Source: Escherichia phage vB_EcoM_005. Taken from it: a DNA stretch of 64,000 bases. The first letter of the stretch is position 1; each line of letters opens with the position of its first letter. Of this stretch, positions 9,847-18,473 are shown in pieces. Under the pieces are notes generated by a model, which was not told where the DNA came from, ran no database searches, and worked only from the letters and a program-made list of their open reading frames with translations. The translations under genes were made by a program, and so were the position numbers. The stretch is taken from the sequence record MK295203; one strand, 5' to 3'.

Positions 9847-10071
9847 ATGTCTGATATTAATGAATTAGAAAAAGCGGCACTTGAACTGGCTGCACTGTAT
9901 AAGAAAGTAAAAGATATGGCTTCTGCTCAGGATTTCCGTGTTGAGCTCGATGATTATGACGGTGAAGTTCGTCTCGAAGATTGGCTGAATAGCTCTTGTT
10001 ATGGTGAAGAAGCTGGTCGCACCTTCGTTGCTCAGGCCGATGGTAAAATCTGGTATCCTAGCTCATGCTAA
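9847..10071 (+). CDS. member 5 of tandem small-protein family (C-terminal KIWYPSSC)
   Basis: 74 aa from ATG at 9847; degenerate version of the tail motif. Confidence 0.5.
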   Translation: MSDINELEKAALELAALYKKVKDMASAQDFRVELDDYDGEVRLEDWLNSSCYGEEAGRTFVAQADGKIWYPSSC

Positions 10072-10292
10072 AATTAAAGAAAAGATACATTCGTAAAATA
10101 AATGGTCTTCGCGATTATGCTAAAGGTTGGCCATTAAGTATTATTATGGCTGATAGACACCCGCGTTATAATACTGAGATGACTTATTACAAAAAGTACG
10201 ATTCATATTGTCGGTCTAAAGCAGGTCGTTTAGATGGTTCTTATGAAGACTATTTCGGTAAAAAACCTACCCGTATTTCGTTAGGAAAATAA
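10065..10292 (+). CDS. hypothetical basic protein
   Basis: 75-aa ORF overlapping previous stop (ATGCTAA). Confidence 0.4.
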   Translation: MLKLKKRYIRKINGLRDYAKGWPLSIIMADRHPRYNTEMTYYKKYDSYCRSKAGRLDGSYEDYFGKKPTRISLGK

Positions 10293-10322
10293 TTTAATCA
10301 CACGGATGTGGTAGGAGGACTT

Positions 10323-10652
10323 ATGCATAAAGATTCAGTATTCAAATATCTTTTGAAAACAGATAAAGAATTCTATATGAATGGACAAGCTTTCTTGTTC
10401 GTTCGTGGTAAACGTGAGATGTTTTACAAATGCGACCTCTCAATGCACCATCATATGTATCACACCCATGGTGAGCCTATACTGGGGTTCTCTGGTGACG
10501 AAACCAGACATATAGCTATGTACTACGACCATTTTAAGCTCAATGATTGTGGTGACAACGCTCTGGTCTGGAATCCATCTTGGCGTCGTTGGGATACGGT
10601 AGACAACGATAAATTATTTTTAGAATATTGCAGAAGCGATGTACAACTCTAA
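10323..10652 (+). CDS. hypothetical protein (His/Cys-rich)
   Basis: SD aggagga then ATG; motif CDLSMHHHMYHTHGE suggests metal binding. Confidence 0.5.
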   Translation: MHKDSVFKYLLKTDKEFYMNGQAFLFVRGKREMFYKCDLSMHHHMYHTHGEPILGFSGDETRHIAMYYDHFKLNDCGDNALVWNPSWRRWDTVDNDKLFLEYCRSDVQL

Positions 10653-10695
10653 AAATACGTGTTACTATTACCCTACACAAACATGAGGAGAACAT

Positions 10696-10935
10696 ATGTG
10701 GTATTACGCTCCGATGTCCGATAAGTCTAATGAACCGCTACGCATTACTCGTGCCAGGTTTAAAAAGATTTATGGCTTTGCTTATAAGAAGTCTGATTAC
10801 GGTGTTCGTTTTGAAGATGCCCACTGTATCAATGACCCTTATGCAGAAGAAATTTCTAATGAGATAATTCCTATCATTAAGAATAATTCTGATGATATGT
10901 GGGAATTGCATAACGATTACGTCGCTGAAATTTAA
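10696..10935 (+). CDS. hypothetical protein
   Basis: SD gaggag; 79 aa. Confidence 0.5.
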   Translation: MWYYAPMSDKSNEPLRITRARFKKIYGFAYKKSDYGVRFEDAHCINDPYAEEISNEIIPIIKNNSDDMWELHNDYVAEI

Positions 10936-10954
10936 GTTTACTGAGGAAAATATT

Positions 10955-11818
10955 ATGATGTTAGTTATTGGTTCTCGTGCACTGCACCACGCTGGTCTGA
11001 TTGAAAGTAAGCATATCGAAAATTCTGATTGGGATTTCATTGCCGACCAAGGTTCATGGAACCATTTTAAAGCTCGGATGTTTGGTGCCCATGTTTCTGT
11101 GGATAATCCTGATGTCCAGGCTTTTAAATGCATGTACAACGGTAAAGAAACCTATTTTGAAGCATATATCGTTCGTGCTCTGACTAACGTACGAGAAATT
11201 ACCGGCGAGCTTCAAGACGAAGATTTCACCTCAAGTTATCGTCTCCTGAAATATGCCGAAAATCATATTAAAAAGGACCGTCTTACAGGTTTCTATTGGG
11301 CTACGCCTGATATCTGTCTGGCTATCAAAACCTCTCATCGTTTCCTGAAGAATAATCCTTTCTTCTTGAAAACTATGTCCCACATCAAATACCTTCGTAA
11401 TAAAGGTACCACCTTGAATGAAGAACTCCAGGAAATTATGCTGCAACGTCAAAAAGAAACGTTGAGCTATTCCCATCCTAAATTGGATGTAAACAAATCA
11501 TCGTTCTTTAATGATACCATGGAGAAGTTCGAGGCTTTGCCTGAAGCTATTAAATTGGCTGGTGTGTATGAAGAAACCTGTGTCCTGGCACTAGAACGTT
11601 CACAGGTTCCTAATGACTTCAATATTTCACCATCATTAAGTTTCTATATGGCTCTTGAGAAAGTGTGTACCTCAATCACTTCAGGTTGGTTCCGCACTTA
11701 TGCATGGGAAAACTACCAAGCTGTGGTTAATATGTACAAGACTTTAGGTGAAAGTGACTACATTGAACGATTTAAACGTAATCAACATCTTATTAAACCT
11801 TTCAAAAAGGCTGAGTAA
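10955..11818 (+). CDS. hypothetical protein
   Basis: 287 aa from ATG after actgagg SD; no confident family assignment. Confidence 0.5.
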   Translation: MMLVIGSRALHHAGLIESKHIENSDWDFIADQGSWNHFKARMFGAHVSVDNPDVQAFKCMYNGKETYFEAYIVRALTNVREITGELQDEDFTSSYRLLKYAENHIKKDRLTGFYWATPDICLAIKTSHRFLKNNPFFLKTMSHIKYLRNKGTTLNEELQEIMLQRQKETLSYSHPKLDVNKSSFFNDTMEKFEALPEAIKLAGVYEETCVLALERSQVPNDFNISPSLSFYMALEKVCTSITSGWFRTYAWENYQAVVNMYKTLGESDYIERFKRNQHLIKPFKKAE

Positions 11819-12468
11819 TGGGACGGCCTCTAAAAGATTTAACCGGACAGGTTATAAATGGTATTAAATTTTTATCGGTGGCCTATAAAGCCACCGGATC
11901 GCCAACCAAGTGGCTTTTATTGTGCCATTGCGGTGAAGAATTCGTTACCACCGCCTCTAGAATAAAAACAGGAAAAACAAAATCATGCGGCTGTGAAAGA
12001 TACCATTATTCCTTTATAAAGAATAGGTATACATATTCCTCATATTCTGCTATGATTGCTAGATGTACAGACCCTAAACATAAAGCCTATCCCGCCTACG
12101 GTGGTAATGGTATAGTTGTTTGTGACGAGTGGCTTCCTAAAGGAAAGAAAGGGTATTTAAAATTTGTCGAGGATATGGGCGAGAGACCTAAAGGGACTTC
12201 AATAAATCGAATAGGTTCTGTTAAAAGGTATAGCAAAGAAACTTGTGAGTGGGCTCCATTTACAATGCAATCATTTGACCAAAGAACGCGTCATGATTCA
12301 CCGGGTCCTATTTCAGGAGTTGTATATAGAAAAGATAGAAATAAATGGGTAGCTTCTATAACAGTAGAAGGCGAAGCCATAGGGCTATATTATGGTGATA
12401 CTGAAAGCGAAGCGATAGAGGCTAGAAAACAAGCTGAACTTAAATATTTTGGAAGATTTAAGTCATAA
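11818..12468 (+). CDS. HNH homing endonuclease with C-terminal AP2 DNA-binding domain
   Basis: Cys cluster CHCGEEF...CGC and C-terminal AP2-like GVVYRKDRNKWVASITVEGEAIGLYYGDTESEAIEARKQAELKYFG. Confidence 0.65.
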   Translation: MGRPLKDLTGQVINGIKFLSVAYKATGSPTKWLLLCHCGEEFVTTASRIKTGKTKSCGCERYHYSFIKNRYTYSSYSAMIARCTDPKHKAYPAYGGNGIVVCDEWLPKGKKGYLKFVEDMGERPKGTSINRIGSVKRYSKETCEWAPFTMQSFDQRTRHDSPGPISGVVYRKDRNKWVASITVEGEAIGLYYGDTESEAIEARKQAELKYFGRFKS

Positions 12469-12473
12469 AAGTT

Positions 12474-12502
12474 GTTTACAAGGTCTATAGGTGTGATACT
12501 AT
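12474..12502 (+). promoter_or_regulatory. T4-type early promoter
   Basis: near-identical to the 3428 promoter: aaaagttGTTTACaaggtctataggtgtgaTACTATagacctatcaa. Confidence 0.7.
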
Positions 12503-12539
12503 AGACCTATCAAAACAACAGAGTGAAATGGAGAATAAA

Positions 12540-12752
12540 ATGAAACTTTCTAACCAAGCAATCAACATGTTAAACGAAGTTCGTGCAGCTGGTGCTAAAT
12601 GCCTGATGGTTGACACTCGTGATGGAGACCTTCGTCAAGCATTTGGTGAATTGAAATCTGCTGACCTGGTTAAATGTTCAGTTGGTATTGGTAACGCACT
12701 TCGTGTATCCTTATCTCCTAAAGGTAAAATGTACTTTTTCAACAAAAAGTAA
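12540..12752 (+). CDS. hypothetical protein
   Basis: SD ggaga then ATG; 70 aa. Confidence 0.5.
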   Translation: MKLSNQAINMLNEVRAAGAKCLMVDTRDGDLRQAFGELKSADLVKCSVGIGNALRVSLSPKGKMYFFNKK

Positions 12753-12766
12753 GTGAGGAAAATATT

Positions 12767-13357
12767 ATGAACGGTCCAAAAACTTTTAATTCTCAAGCTC
12801 GTGCAGTCGGTGGTTTTGCTCAAGATATCAGTAATGATATGATTAAAAATGAGCCTATGTTCTTTAATTGCGATGCTTATTTTGCTCATAAACACGGCGG
12901 TCCTATTACTCGTAGCTTTATTGAAAACCTGCCTGAAGATTGGCAATGTGGCCCTGATATTGTATTTGATTCCCGTGTACACATGTTAATGCCTGGCTGG
13001 TACCCTGCAATTCCAGGCTTCCACCATGATGATGTACCACGTCCGGATATTCCGGTCGGCCAACACTTTATTACCGCAGGGCAGCCTGATTATGATAATC
13101 CTCGTTACCATTCTGAACATATTCTTGGTCTTGTTAACGCTGGAATTGAGTCCAATGAATTAACCAAGTGGGATGCTCCTGACCGCACGTTGCTCCAGTT
13201 TGATTGGCAGACGTGGCATACCGGTTCTCGTGCAGTAAGTAATGGTTGGCGCTGGTTTGGTCGTGTCTCTCGTAATACTGACCGTGTTAAAAAGATTACT
13301 AATGAAATCCGTGTTAATGCTCAAGTTTATCTGGAATTCCCTATGGAGGGCTGGTAA
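12767..13357 (+). CDS. hypothetical protein, possible Fe(II)/2-oxoglutarate oxygenase-like
   Basis: 196 aa; HHD and downstream WHTGSRAVS could be an HxD...H...RxS facial triad; weak. Confidence 0.45.
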   Translation: MNGPKTFNSQARAVGGFAQDISNDMIKNEPMFFNCDAYFAHKHGGPITRSFIENLPEDWQCGPDIVFDSRVHMLMPGWYPAIPGFHHDDVPRPDIPVGQHFITAGQPDYDNPRYHSEHILGLVNAGIESNELTKWDAPDRTLLQFDWQTWHTGSRAVSNGWRWFGRVSRNTDRVKKITNEIRVNAQVYLEFPMEGW

Positions 13358-13944
13358 TGGCCCTTTATGAACCTGGGTGTATGGGCATTGATGCAAACTT
13401 CATCCGTCGGTCGGAAAATGCTGGAATTATTATCCCAAGTGGTGAGAATATGATTATTAAAAAGTCCTGGCGAAATATCGATGACTGTGATGAAGGAATT
13501 TCAGCCAGTACAATAGATTGGTCAGGTTGTACTGCCGAAATGAAACAGCTTTTAATTGAGGAATATAAAATGGGCTATATTGTAAACGGCTGGCAAGCGG
13601 AACCACATAAAGAACAGACTCCAGACCCATTGATTTGTTATAGCAAAAAATACGGCTTCCGTGCCTGGAGTGATGAATACGACAAATTGGTGAGTTCTAG
13701 ATTCTATGTTTGGATGGGTATATTATTTTTCCCACTCCTAGGGTTTTTCCTGACAACAGATAATGACCTGCCTATTTGTGTATTCGCTTCAGCGATGTCT
13801 GCTGCTATCTTAGGTCTTATCGCATCATTTTTATGGACCTCTGTTATCGAAGTACCTTTTCGTATTTCTAAAGTTAAAAAGGTATATGACGATATCACTA
13901 AGAAAAATACATTAAACTCTTTTATTAAGGAATGCCGTAAATGA
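13357..13944 (+). CDS. membrane-anchored protein (C-terminal FIKEC motif)
   Basis: 195 aa; soluble N-domain then two TM helices; ends ...NSFIKECRK. Confidence 0.5.
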   Translation: MALYEPGCMGIDANFIRRSENAGIIIPSGENMIIKKSWRNIDDCDEGISASTIDWSGCTAEMKQLLIEEYKMGYIVNGWQAEPHKEQTPDPLICYSKKYGFRAWSDEYDKLVSSRFYVWMGILFFPLLGFFLTTDNDLPICVFASAMSAAILGLIASFLWTSVIEVPFRISKVKKVYDDITKKNTLNSFIKECRK

Positions 13945-14177
13945 GCATTGCAATTTATATTAAATCTGAGTCATGTGATTCTTATCTGTATTCCTATGAT
14001 ACCGGAACATCAGAAGAGAAAATTAAAGAAGACTTAGAAAGCGATATGGATATGTTCTGTCCTATTGGTGACTATATGCTTCAAGTGTCTGATAGTGAAA
14101 GTCCATCATCAGAAAATAGACTTCAAATTATTATGCAAGATATTTTTAAACAATCATGGGAACGAGACGATGAGTAA
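13941..14177 (+). CDS. small acidic protein, hypothetical
   Basis: 78 aa ORF overlapping neighbours by ATGA. Confidence 0.45.
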   Translation: MSIAIYIKSESCDSYLYSYDTGTSEEKIKEDLESDMDMFCPIGDYMLQVSDSESPSSENRLQIIMQDIFKQSWERDDE

Positions 14178-14619
14178 GAAAGCTAAGGAATTATCGGCAG
14201 GTATTTTGTTCATGACCGTTGATAAAGAACTAGTTATGGGTCGTGTAACAGGCTCTCGTAATCCAGAGAATATGCGTCATAAATGGGACATTCCTAAGGG
14301 TCATGTCGAACCAGGCGAAGAGCCTATTCAAGCGGCAATGCGCGAAACCGAAGAAGAGATTGGATTCACAGCATACGATCCTGCGTTCCTGAAAGACCTA
14401 GGTGAGTTCAAATATTCAAGCAATAAGAATCTACATCTGTTCTTATATACAGTGCCTGTGGAACACGAGCAGTTCAAGGATTGCAAATGTACGGCTTACC
14501 ATACGTTCCCTGATGGTCGTACTATTCCTGAATTCGATGCGTTCGCTTTGATTAAACGTCCGCAATGGGAATATGTCATGGGCCCGTCGATGTTTAAGGT
14601 TTTAGATTCGCTCTTTTGA
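14170..14619 (+). CDS. nudE: Nudix hydrolase NudE
   Basis: Nudix box GHVEPGEEPIQAAMRETEEEIGF; 149 aa; adjacent to lysozyme e as in T4. Confidence 0.85.
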   Translation: MSKKAKELSAGILFMTVDKELVMGRVTGSRNPENMRHKWDIPKGHVEPGEEPIQAAMRETEEEIGFTAYDPAFLKDLGEFKYSSNKNLHLFLYTVPVEHEQFKDCKCTAYHTFPDGRTIPEFDAFALIKRPQWEYVMGPSMFKVLDSLF

Positions 14620-14649
14620 TATAAATACCTCCTATACTCAGGAGGTATT

Positions 14650-15081
14650 ATGGATATTTTTGATATGTTACGTCAAGACGAAGGTCTTGATTTAAATCTT
14701 TATAAAGACACTGAAGGTTATTGGACTATTGGTATTGGCCAATTGATTACTAAGAACCCTTCTAAAGATGTTGCTCGTGCTGAACTTGATAAGCTTATGG
14801 GTCGAGTTTGTAATGGTCGTATTACTATGGCTGAAGCTGAACAACTCTTTAACCGATCGGTTGAAAATGCTCGTAGAGCTATTCTGCGTAATCCTAAATT
14901 GAAACCTGTTTATGATGTACTGGACGAAGTTCGTCGTTGTGCTTTAATTAACATGGTCTTCCAAATGGGTGAAGCAGGCGTAGCAGGGTTCACTAACTCT
15001 TTACGTATGCTCCAACAGAAACGTTGGAACGATGCGGCAGTTAACCTGGTTTATCGCAGAGAATGTAATTCCTGCATCTAA
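14650..15081 (+). CDS. e: lysozyme (T4 e-type endolysin) with divergent short C-terminus
   Basis: [26 protein letters not shown]...[30 protein letters not shown] matches T4 lysozyme incl. catalytic E11/D20/T26 equivalents; last ~10 aa ([10 protein letters not shown]) do not match T4 and protein is ~20 aa short. Confidence 0.85.
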   Translation: MDIFDMLRQDEGLDLNLYKDTEGYWTIGIGQLITKNPSKDVARAELDKLMGRVCNGRITMAEAEQLFNRSVENARRAILRNPKLKPVYDVLDEVRRCALINMVFQMGEAGVAGFTNSLRMLQQKRWNDAAVNLVYRRECNSCI

Positions 15082-15094
15082 AGAACTTTTGGCG

Positions 15095-15430
15095 ATGTTT
15101 GAATCTGAAGAGTTCACTGAAGAACTGAATGAGAACCTGACCCAGGCCACTCCTCAGGTTATTCGCGTTCGTAACGCTCTGCAGACAGGCATGCAGGCCC
15201 GCGTATCTAAGACTATGAAGCTGGCATTCACCACTTCTAAAAATGAAGACTATGGCGACGGTATTGCAATGAACACTGGACAGTATTATGTCGAGTGGAA
15301 TGGTGAAACCGGTACGGCTAAGATTCGTCAGACACGTGCAGCGGGTGGTAAAATGTTAGACCTTAAACTGAACGTTAAAGAGAAAGACGTCGCGGCTTTG
15401 TTCAAGAATTGGATGAAAACCTACAAATAA
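15095..15430 (+). CDS. hypothetical protein
   Basis: 111 aa from ATG at 15095 (longer track ORF from 15032 overlaps the lysozyme 3' end). Confidence 0.4.
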   Translation: MFESEEFTEELNENLTQATPQVIRVRNALQTGMQARVSKTMKLAFTTSKNEDYGDGIAMNTGQYYVEWNGETGTAKIRQTRAAGGKMLDLKLNVKEKDVAALFKNWMKTYK

Positions 15431-15459
15431 GTTTACATCTCCTAGAATTATGATAGTAT
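15431..15459 (+). promoter_or_regulatory. T4-type early promoter
   Basis: GTTTACatctcctagaattatgaTAGTATatc. Confidence 0.6.
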
Positions 15460-15512
15460 ATCTACAGTTACTTGAACAGACCAATTAAAATATTTACCTT
15501 TAAGGAACCAGT

Positions 15513-16109
15513 ATGAAAACGTATAAAGAATTTATCACCGAAGCTTCTGTAGGAAAGGTCCAAGGCATTAATAAAGATGAGTGGACTTACCGAGGAAACG
15601 GCGTTGACAAAATAGGAAACGGCTTTGACGCTAAAACAGCTCCTATTGAACGGTATTTAGCTACAAAGGCTTCCGATTTTAAAGCTTTCGCTTGGGAAGG
15701 ACTTCGCTGGCGTAACGACCTAAATATTGAAGCTGATGGGCTTAAATTTGGCCATATCCAAGATGTTGTTGCTAGTAACTTGGATGCAGCTTTTATTAAA
15801 GCCGACGGTGACCTTCGTCGCTGGAATTTAAAACTGTTCTCTAAACAGAAAGGTCCGGTATTTGTACCTAAAGCAGGTAAATGGACTATTGATAATAAAT
15901 TGGCTAAAGCGGTTAACTTCGCTGGTCTTGAATTTGCCAAGCACAAATCAGCATGGAAAGGTCTTGATACAATGGCTTTCCGTAAAGAATTTGCTGATGT
16001 TATGACTAAAGCCGGCTTTAAGGCAGAACTAGATACCTCTAAAGGTACGTTTAAAGACGCTAATATTCAGTACGCTTACGCCGTTGCTAATGCAGCCCGT
16101 GGTAATTAA
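15513..16109 (+). CDS. ipIII: internal protein III-like
   Basis: N-terminus MKTYKEFITEAS; 198 aa (T4 IPIII about 194 aa); located between e and denV as in T4. Confidence 0.7.
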   Translation: MKTYKEFITEASVGKVQGINKDEWTYRGNGVDKIGNGFDAKTAPIERYLATKASDFKAFAWEGLRWRNDLNIEADGLKFGHIQDVVASNLDAAFIKADGDLRRWNLKLFSKQKGPVFVPKAGKWTIDNKLAKAVNFAGLEFAKHKSAWKGLDTMAFRKEFADVMTKAGFKAELDTSKGTFKDANIQYAYAVANAARGN

Positions 16110-16137
16110 TAAAGCGATTTACCTTTAAAGGAAACAT

Positions 16138-16440
16138 ATGAAAACCTATCAAGAATTTATCACTGAAGCCCGCGTAACCGCAGGTAAATTAGAAGCCGCT
16201 GTAAATAAAAAGGCCCATTCATTTCATGATTTGTCAGATAAAGACCGTAAGAAACTTGTAAGCCTTTATATTGACAAAGAGCGTATTCTCGCTCTCCCGG
16301 GCGCTAATGAAGGTAAACAGGCCAAGCCTTTGAATTCTGTCGAAAAGAAAATTGATAACTTTGCTTCTAAGTTTGGTATGTCTATGGATGACCTTCAGCA
16401 AGCGGCTACCGAAGCAGCTAAAGCAATTAAAGGTAAATAA
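16138..16440 (+). CDS. ipII: internal protein II-like
   Basis: N-terminus MKTYQEFITEARV; 100 aa; leader shared with ipIII (tttacctttaaaggaa). Confidence 0.7.
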   Translation: MKTYQEFITEARVTAGKLEAAVNKKAHSFHDLSDKDRKKLVSLYIDKERILALPGANEGKQAKPLNSVEKKIDNFASKFGMSMDDLQQAATEAAKAIKGK

Positions 16441-16442
16441 CA

Positions 16443-16471
16443 GTTTACTTTTACAATAGCTGTGATATAGT
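16443..16471 (+). promoter_or_regulatory. T4-type early promoter
   Basis: GTTTACttttacaatagctgtgaTATAGT. Confidence 0.55.
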
Positions 16472-16500
16472 GTTCTCACACAAACATGGAGAACACTAAA

Positions 16501-16917
16501 ATGACTCGTATCAACCTTACCTTAGTATCTGAATTGGCTGACCAACACTTAATGGCTGAATATCGCGAATTACCACGTGTTTTCGGTGCAGTTCGTAAGC
16601 ATGTTGCTAATGGTAAACGTGTTCGTGATTTTAAAATTAGCTCTACTTTTATCCTTGGTACAGGCCATGTTACATTCTTTTACGATAAGCTTGAGTTCTT
16701 ACGTAAACGCCAAATCGAGCTTATAGCCGAATGTTTAAAACGTGGTTTTAATATCAAGGACACTACGGTCCAGGACATTAGTGATATTCCTCAGGAATTC
16801 CGTGGTGACTATACTCCACACGAAGCTTCTATTGCTATATCTCAGGCCCGTTTGGACGAAAAAATTGCACAACGCCCTACCTGGTACAAACATTATGGTA
16901 AGGCTATTTACGCTTAA
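16501..16917 (+). CDS. denV: endonuclease V, pyrimidine-dimer DNA glycosylase
   Basis: [41 protein letters not shown]... essentially identical to recalled T4 endo V over 138 aa. Confidence 0.95.
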   Translation: MTRINLTLVSELADQHLMAEYRELPRVFGAVRKHVANGKRVRDFKISSTFILGTGHVTFFYDKLEFLRKRQIELIAECLKRGFNIKDTTVQDISDIPQEFRGDYTPHEASIAISQARLDEKIAQRPTWYKHYGKAIYA

Positions 16918-16959
16918 TTAAATCCGTGATAGAATACTTCTATCAACTTAAGGAATAAT

Positions 16960-17259
16960 ATGAAAACTTATCAAGAATTTATTACAGAAGCCAAAGCTCC
17001 TAAAGCATTTCAAATTGGGGTTCAAGGCAATTTAGACCAAGAATATGTTGATGCTATTGTAGCAAGCCTCGGTAAACAGGGTGTACAAGTGGATTTGGTT
17101 GATTTTACCAAAGGTAATACTTTTAATATTGTTACGTCTAAAGGCTCTTTAGCTAAAGTTAAAAAGGCTTTTGGTGTAGCACAAGCCTACGAAATCGACC
17201 ACTCTGAATTAGAAAATAAAGGTCGCCAGAACACAATTAAAGGTTCTGGTTCTTTCTAA
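16960..17259 (+). CDS. internal protein (IP)-like with capsid targeting sequence
   Basis: N-terminus MKTYQEFITEAKAP; 99 aa; an extra IP relative to T4 at this locus. Confidence 0.6.
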   Translation: MKTYQEFITEAKAPKAFQIGVQGNLDQEYVDAIVASLGKQGVQVDLVDFTKGNTFNIVTSKGSLAKVKKAFGVAQAYEIDHSELENKGRQNTIKGSGSF

Positions 17260-17423
17260 TAAAGGCAAGCCGACCCTCTCCTCATGAACGTCGCGTCCTC
17301 TGAGTGATGGACCTTTCCCTACCTGTAATAAGGTCGAGCCCAAGTGCGGTAAAGGGTTTACATACGGATACATGGACGAATTATGTGCCAAGGAATGGCC
17401 CCACAACTTAAAAAGAGACAATT

Positions 17424-17969
17424 ATGAAAACGTTTTTAACCGGTAGTTATCTATCCCTGATGAATGCTTTTGCAAACCATTCTGATGCTAGAGTAGAACA
17501 CATTTGTAATAGTGGGTTTTATGTACCTGATTCACAAACCCTGTTTAAAGAATGCTGCACCTTAAAACTTGATGGTGGGCGCCAATCCGGTAAAACTAAA
17601 GCAGTATCCATTTTTGCCACAGAATGGTTAGCTAATGGCGGCTCTATTGTTATTTTATCTAATAACACAGCATATGCCAATGTTTCGGCTACTGCAATCC
17701 GAAAGGAATATTTTAATAACCATACAGAAAGTATTAAGTACCGTTTGTACACTGATTCTGTTCGTAGTTTTATTGGTAATACTGCATGCAAATTCCGTGG
17801 ATTATCGCTTTCACGTGTTCTGTATATAATTGATGAGCCTGTTAAAACACCTAATATGGATAAGATTTATGATGCCCATATAAAGGTGGTGCAACATTGC
17901 TGTCATGCATCATGTGTCGAAACCAATCAAACTGCGCGTCCTCTGTTCTTTGTGATAGGAATGCAATGA
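17424..17969 (+). CDS. P-loop NTPase-like protein, hypothetical
   Basis: Walker A-like GGRQSGKT; 181 aa; Cys-rich C-terminus. Confidence 0.45.
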   Translation: MKTFLTGSYLSLMNAFANHSDARVEHICNSGFYVPDSQTLFKECCTLKLDGGRQSGKTKAVSIFATEWLANGGSIVILSNNTAYANVSATAIRKEYFNNHTESIKYRLYTDSVRSFIGNTACKFRGLSLSRVLYIIDEPVKTPNMDKIYDAHIKVVQHCCHASCVETNQTARPLFFVIGMQ

Positions 17970-18262
17970 TGACTGATGAAGAACTTTTTGAGTTCTGTTA
18001 TTTCTCACGTAAGGTTCGAAGAGAGGACCTTACTAAAAATTTCGAGTATGCTTATTTCTATCCATTAGAATATGTATTCATGACAGGGCCCTTTAAGGGC
18101 TCTCGTTTTAGATGTCATGCTCCAAGCATCCGATTAATGAAACAGGTTCCTTACTTCACCCTCGAGTTCATCTCAGGGCCTTGTAAGGGTATTATTACTC
18201 GCAGTCTCTTAACTTATGACCAAGAGATTCATATGATTTCTGGCTGGAAGAAATATGTCTAA
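17966..18262 (+). CDS. hypothetical protein
   Basis: 98 aa from ATG overlapping previous stop (ATGA). Confidence 0.45.
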   Translation: MMTDEELFEFCYFSRKVRREDLTKNFEYAYFYPLEYVFMTGPFKGSRFRCHAPSIRLMKQVPYFTLEFISGPCKGIITRSLLTYDQEIHMISGWKKYV

Positions 18263-18473
18263 ATTGACAATTGAAGGCTCTGATGAAGCTCTGAAGATGT
18301 TTGTTGACTGGTTCCACGAACAGGGCGAACAAGGCTTTTTGGAATGTTGGGATGGCGGACAATGGAATGGTAAAGAAATTGTTTACCCGACTACGTATAT
18401 CTCTGTTCGTGGTGGATATGACGGCCTTCATTTGGTTGAATACGATATTGCATCTGATGAGGAAGTGAAATGA
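18255..18473 (+). CDS. hypothetical protein
   Basis: 72 aa, Trp-rich acidic. Confidence 0.45.
   Translation: MSKLTIEGSDEALKMFVDWFHEQGEQGFLECWDGGQWNGKEIVYPTTYISVRGGYDGLHLVEYDIASDEEVK

Noticed and set aside
8829-10071. C-terminal Cys of the five-member family as a CaaX prenylation box
   Set aside because: The Cys is the very last residue, not followed by aliphatic-aliphatic-X, and the context is a bacteriophage; the eukaryotic-style signal does not fit.
15032-15094. Track ORF start at 15032 giving a 132-aa protein overlapping the lysozyme 3' end
   Set aside because: It would overlap gene e by 50 nt with no ribosome-binding site; the in-frame ATG at 15095 just after the lysozyme stop is the more plausible start.
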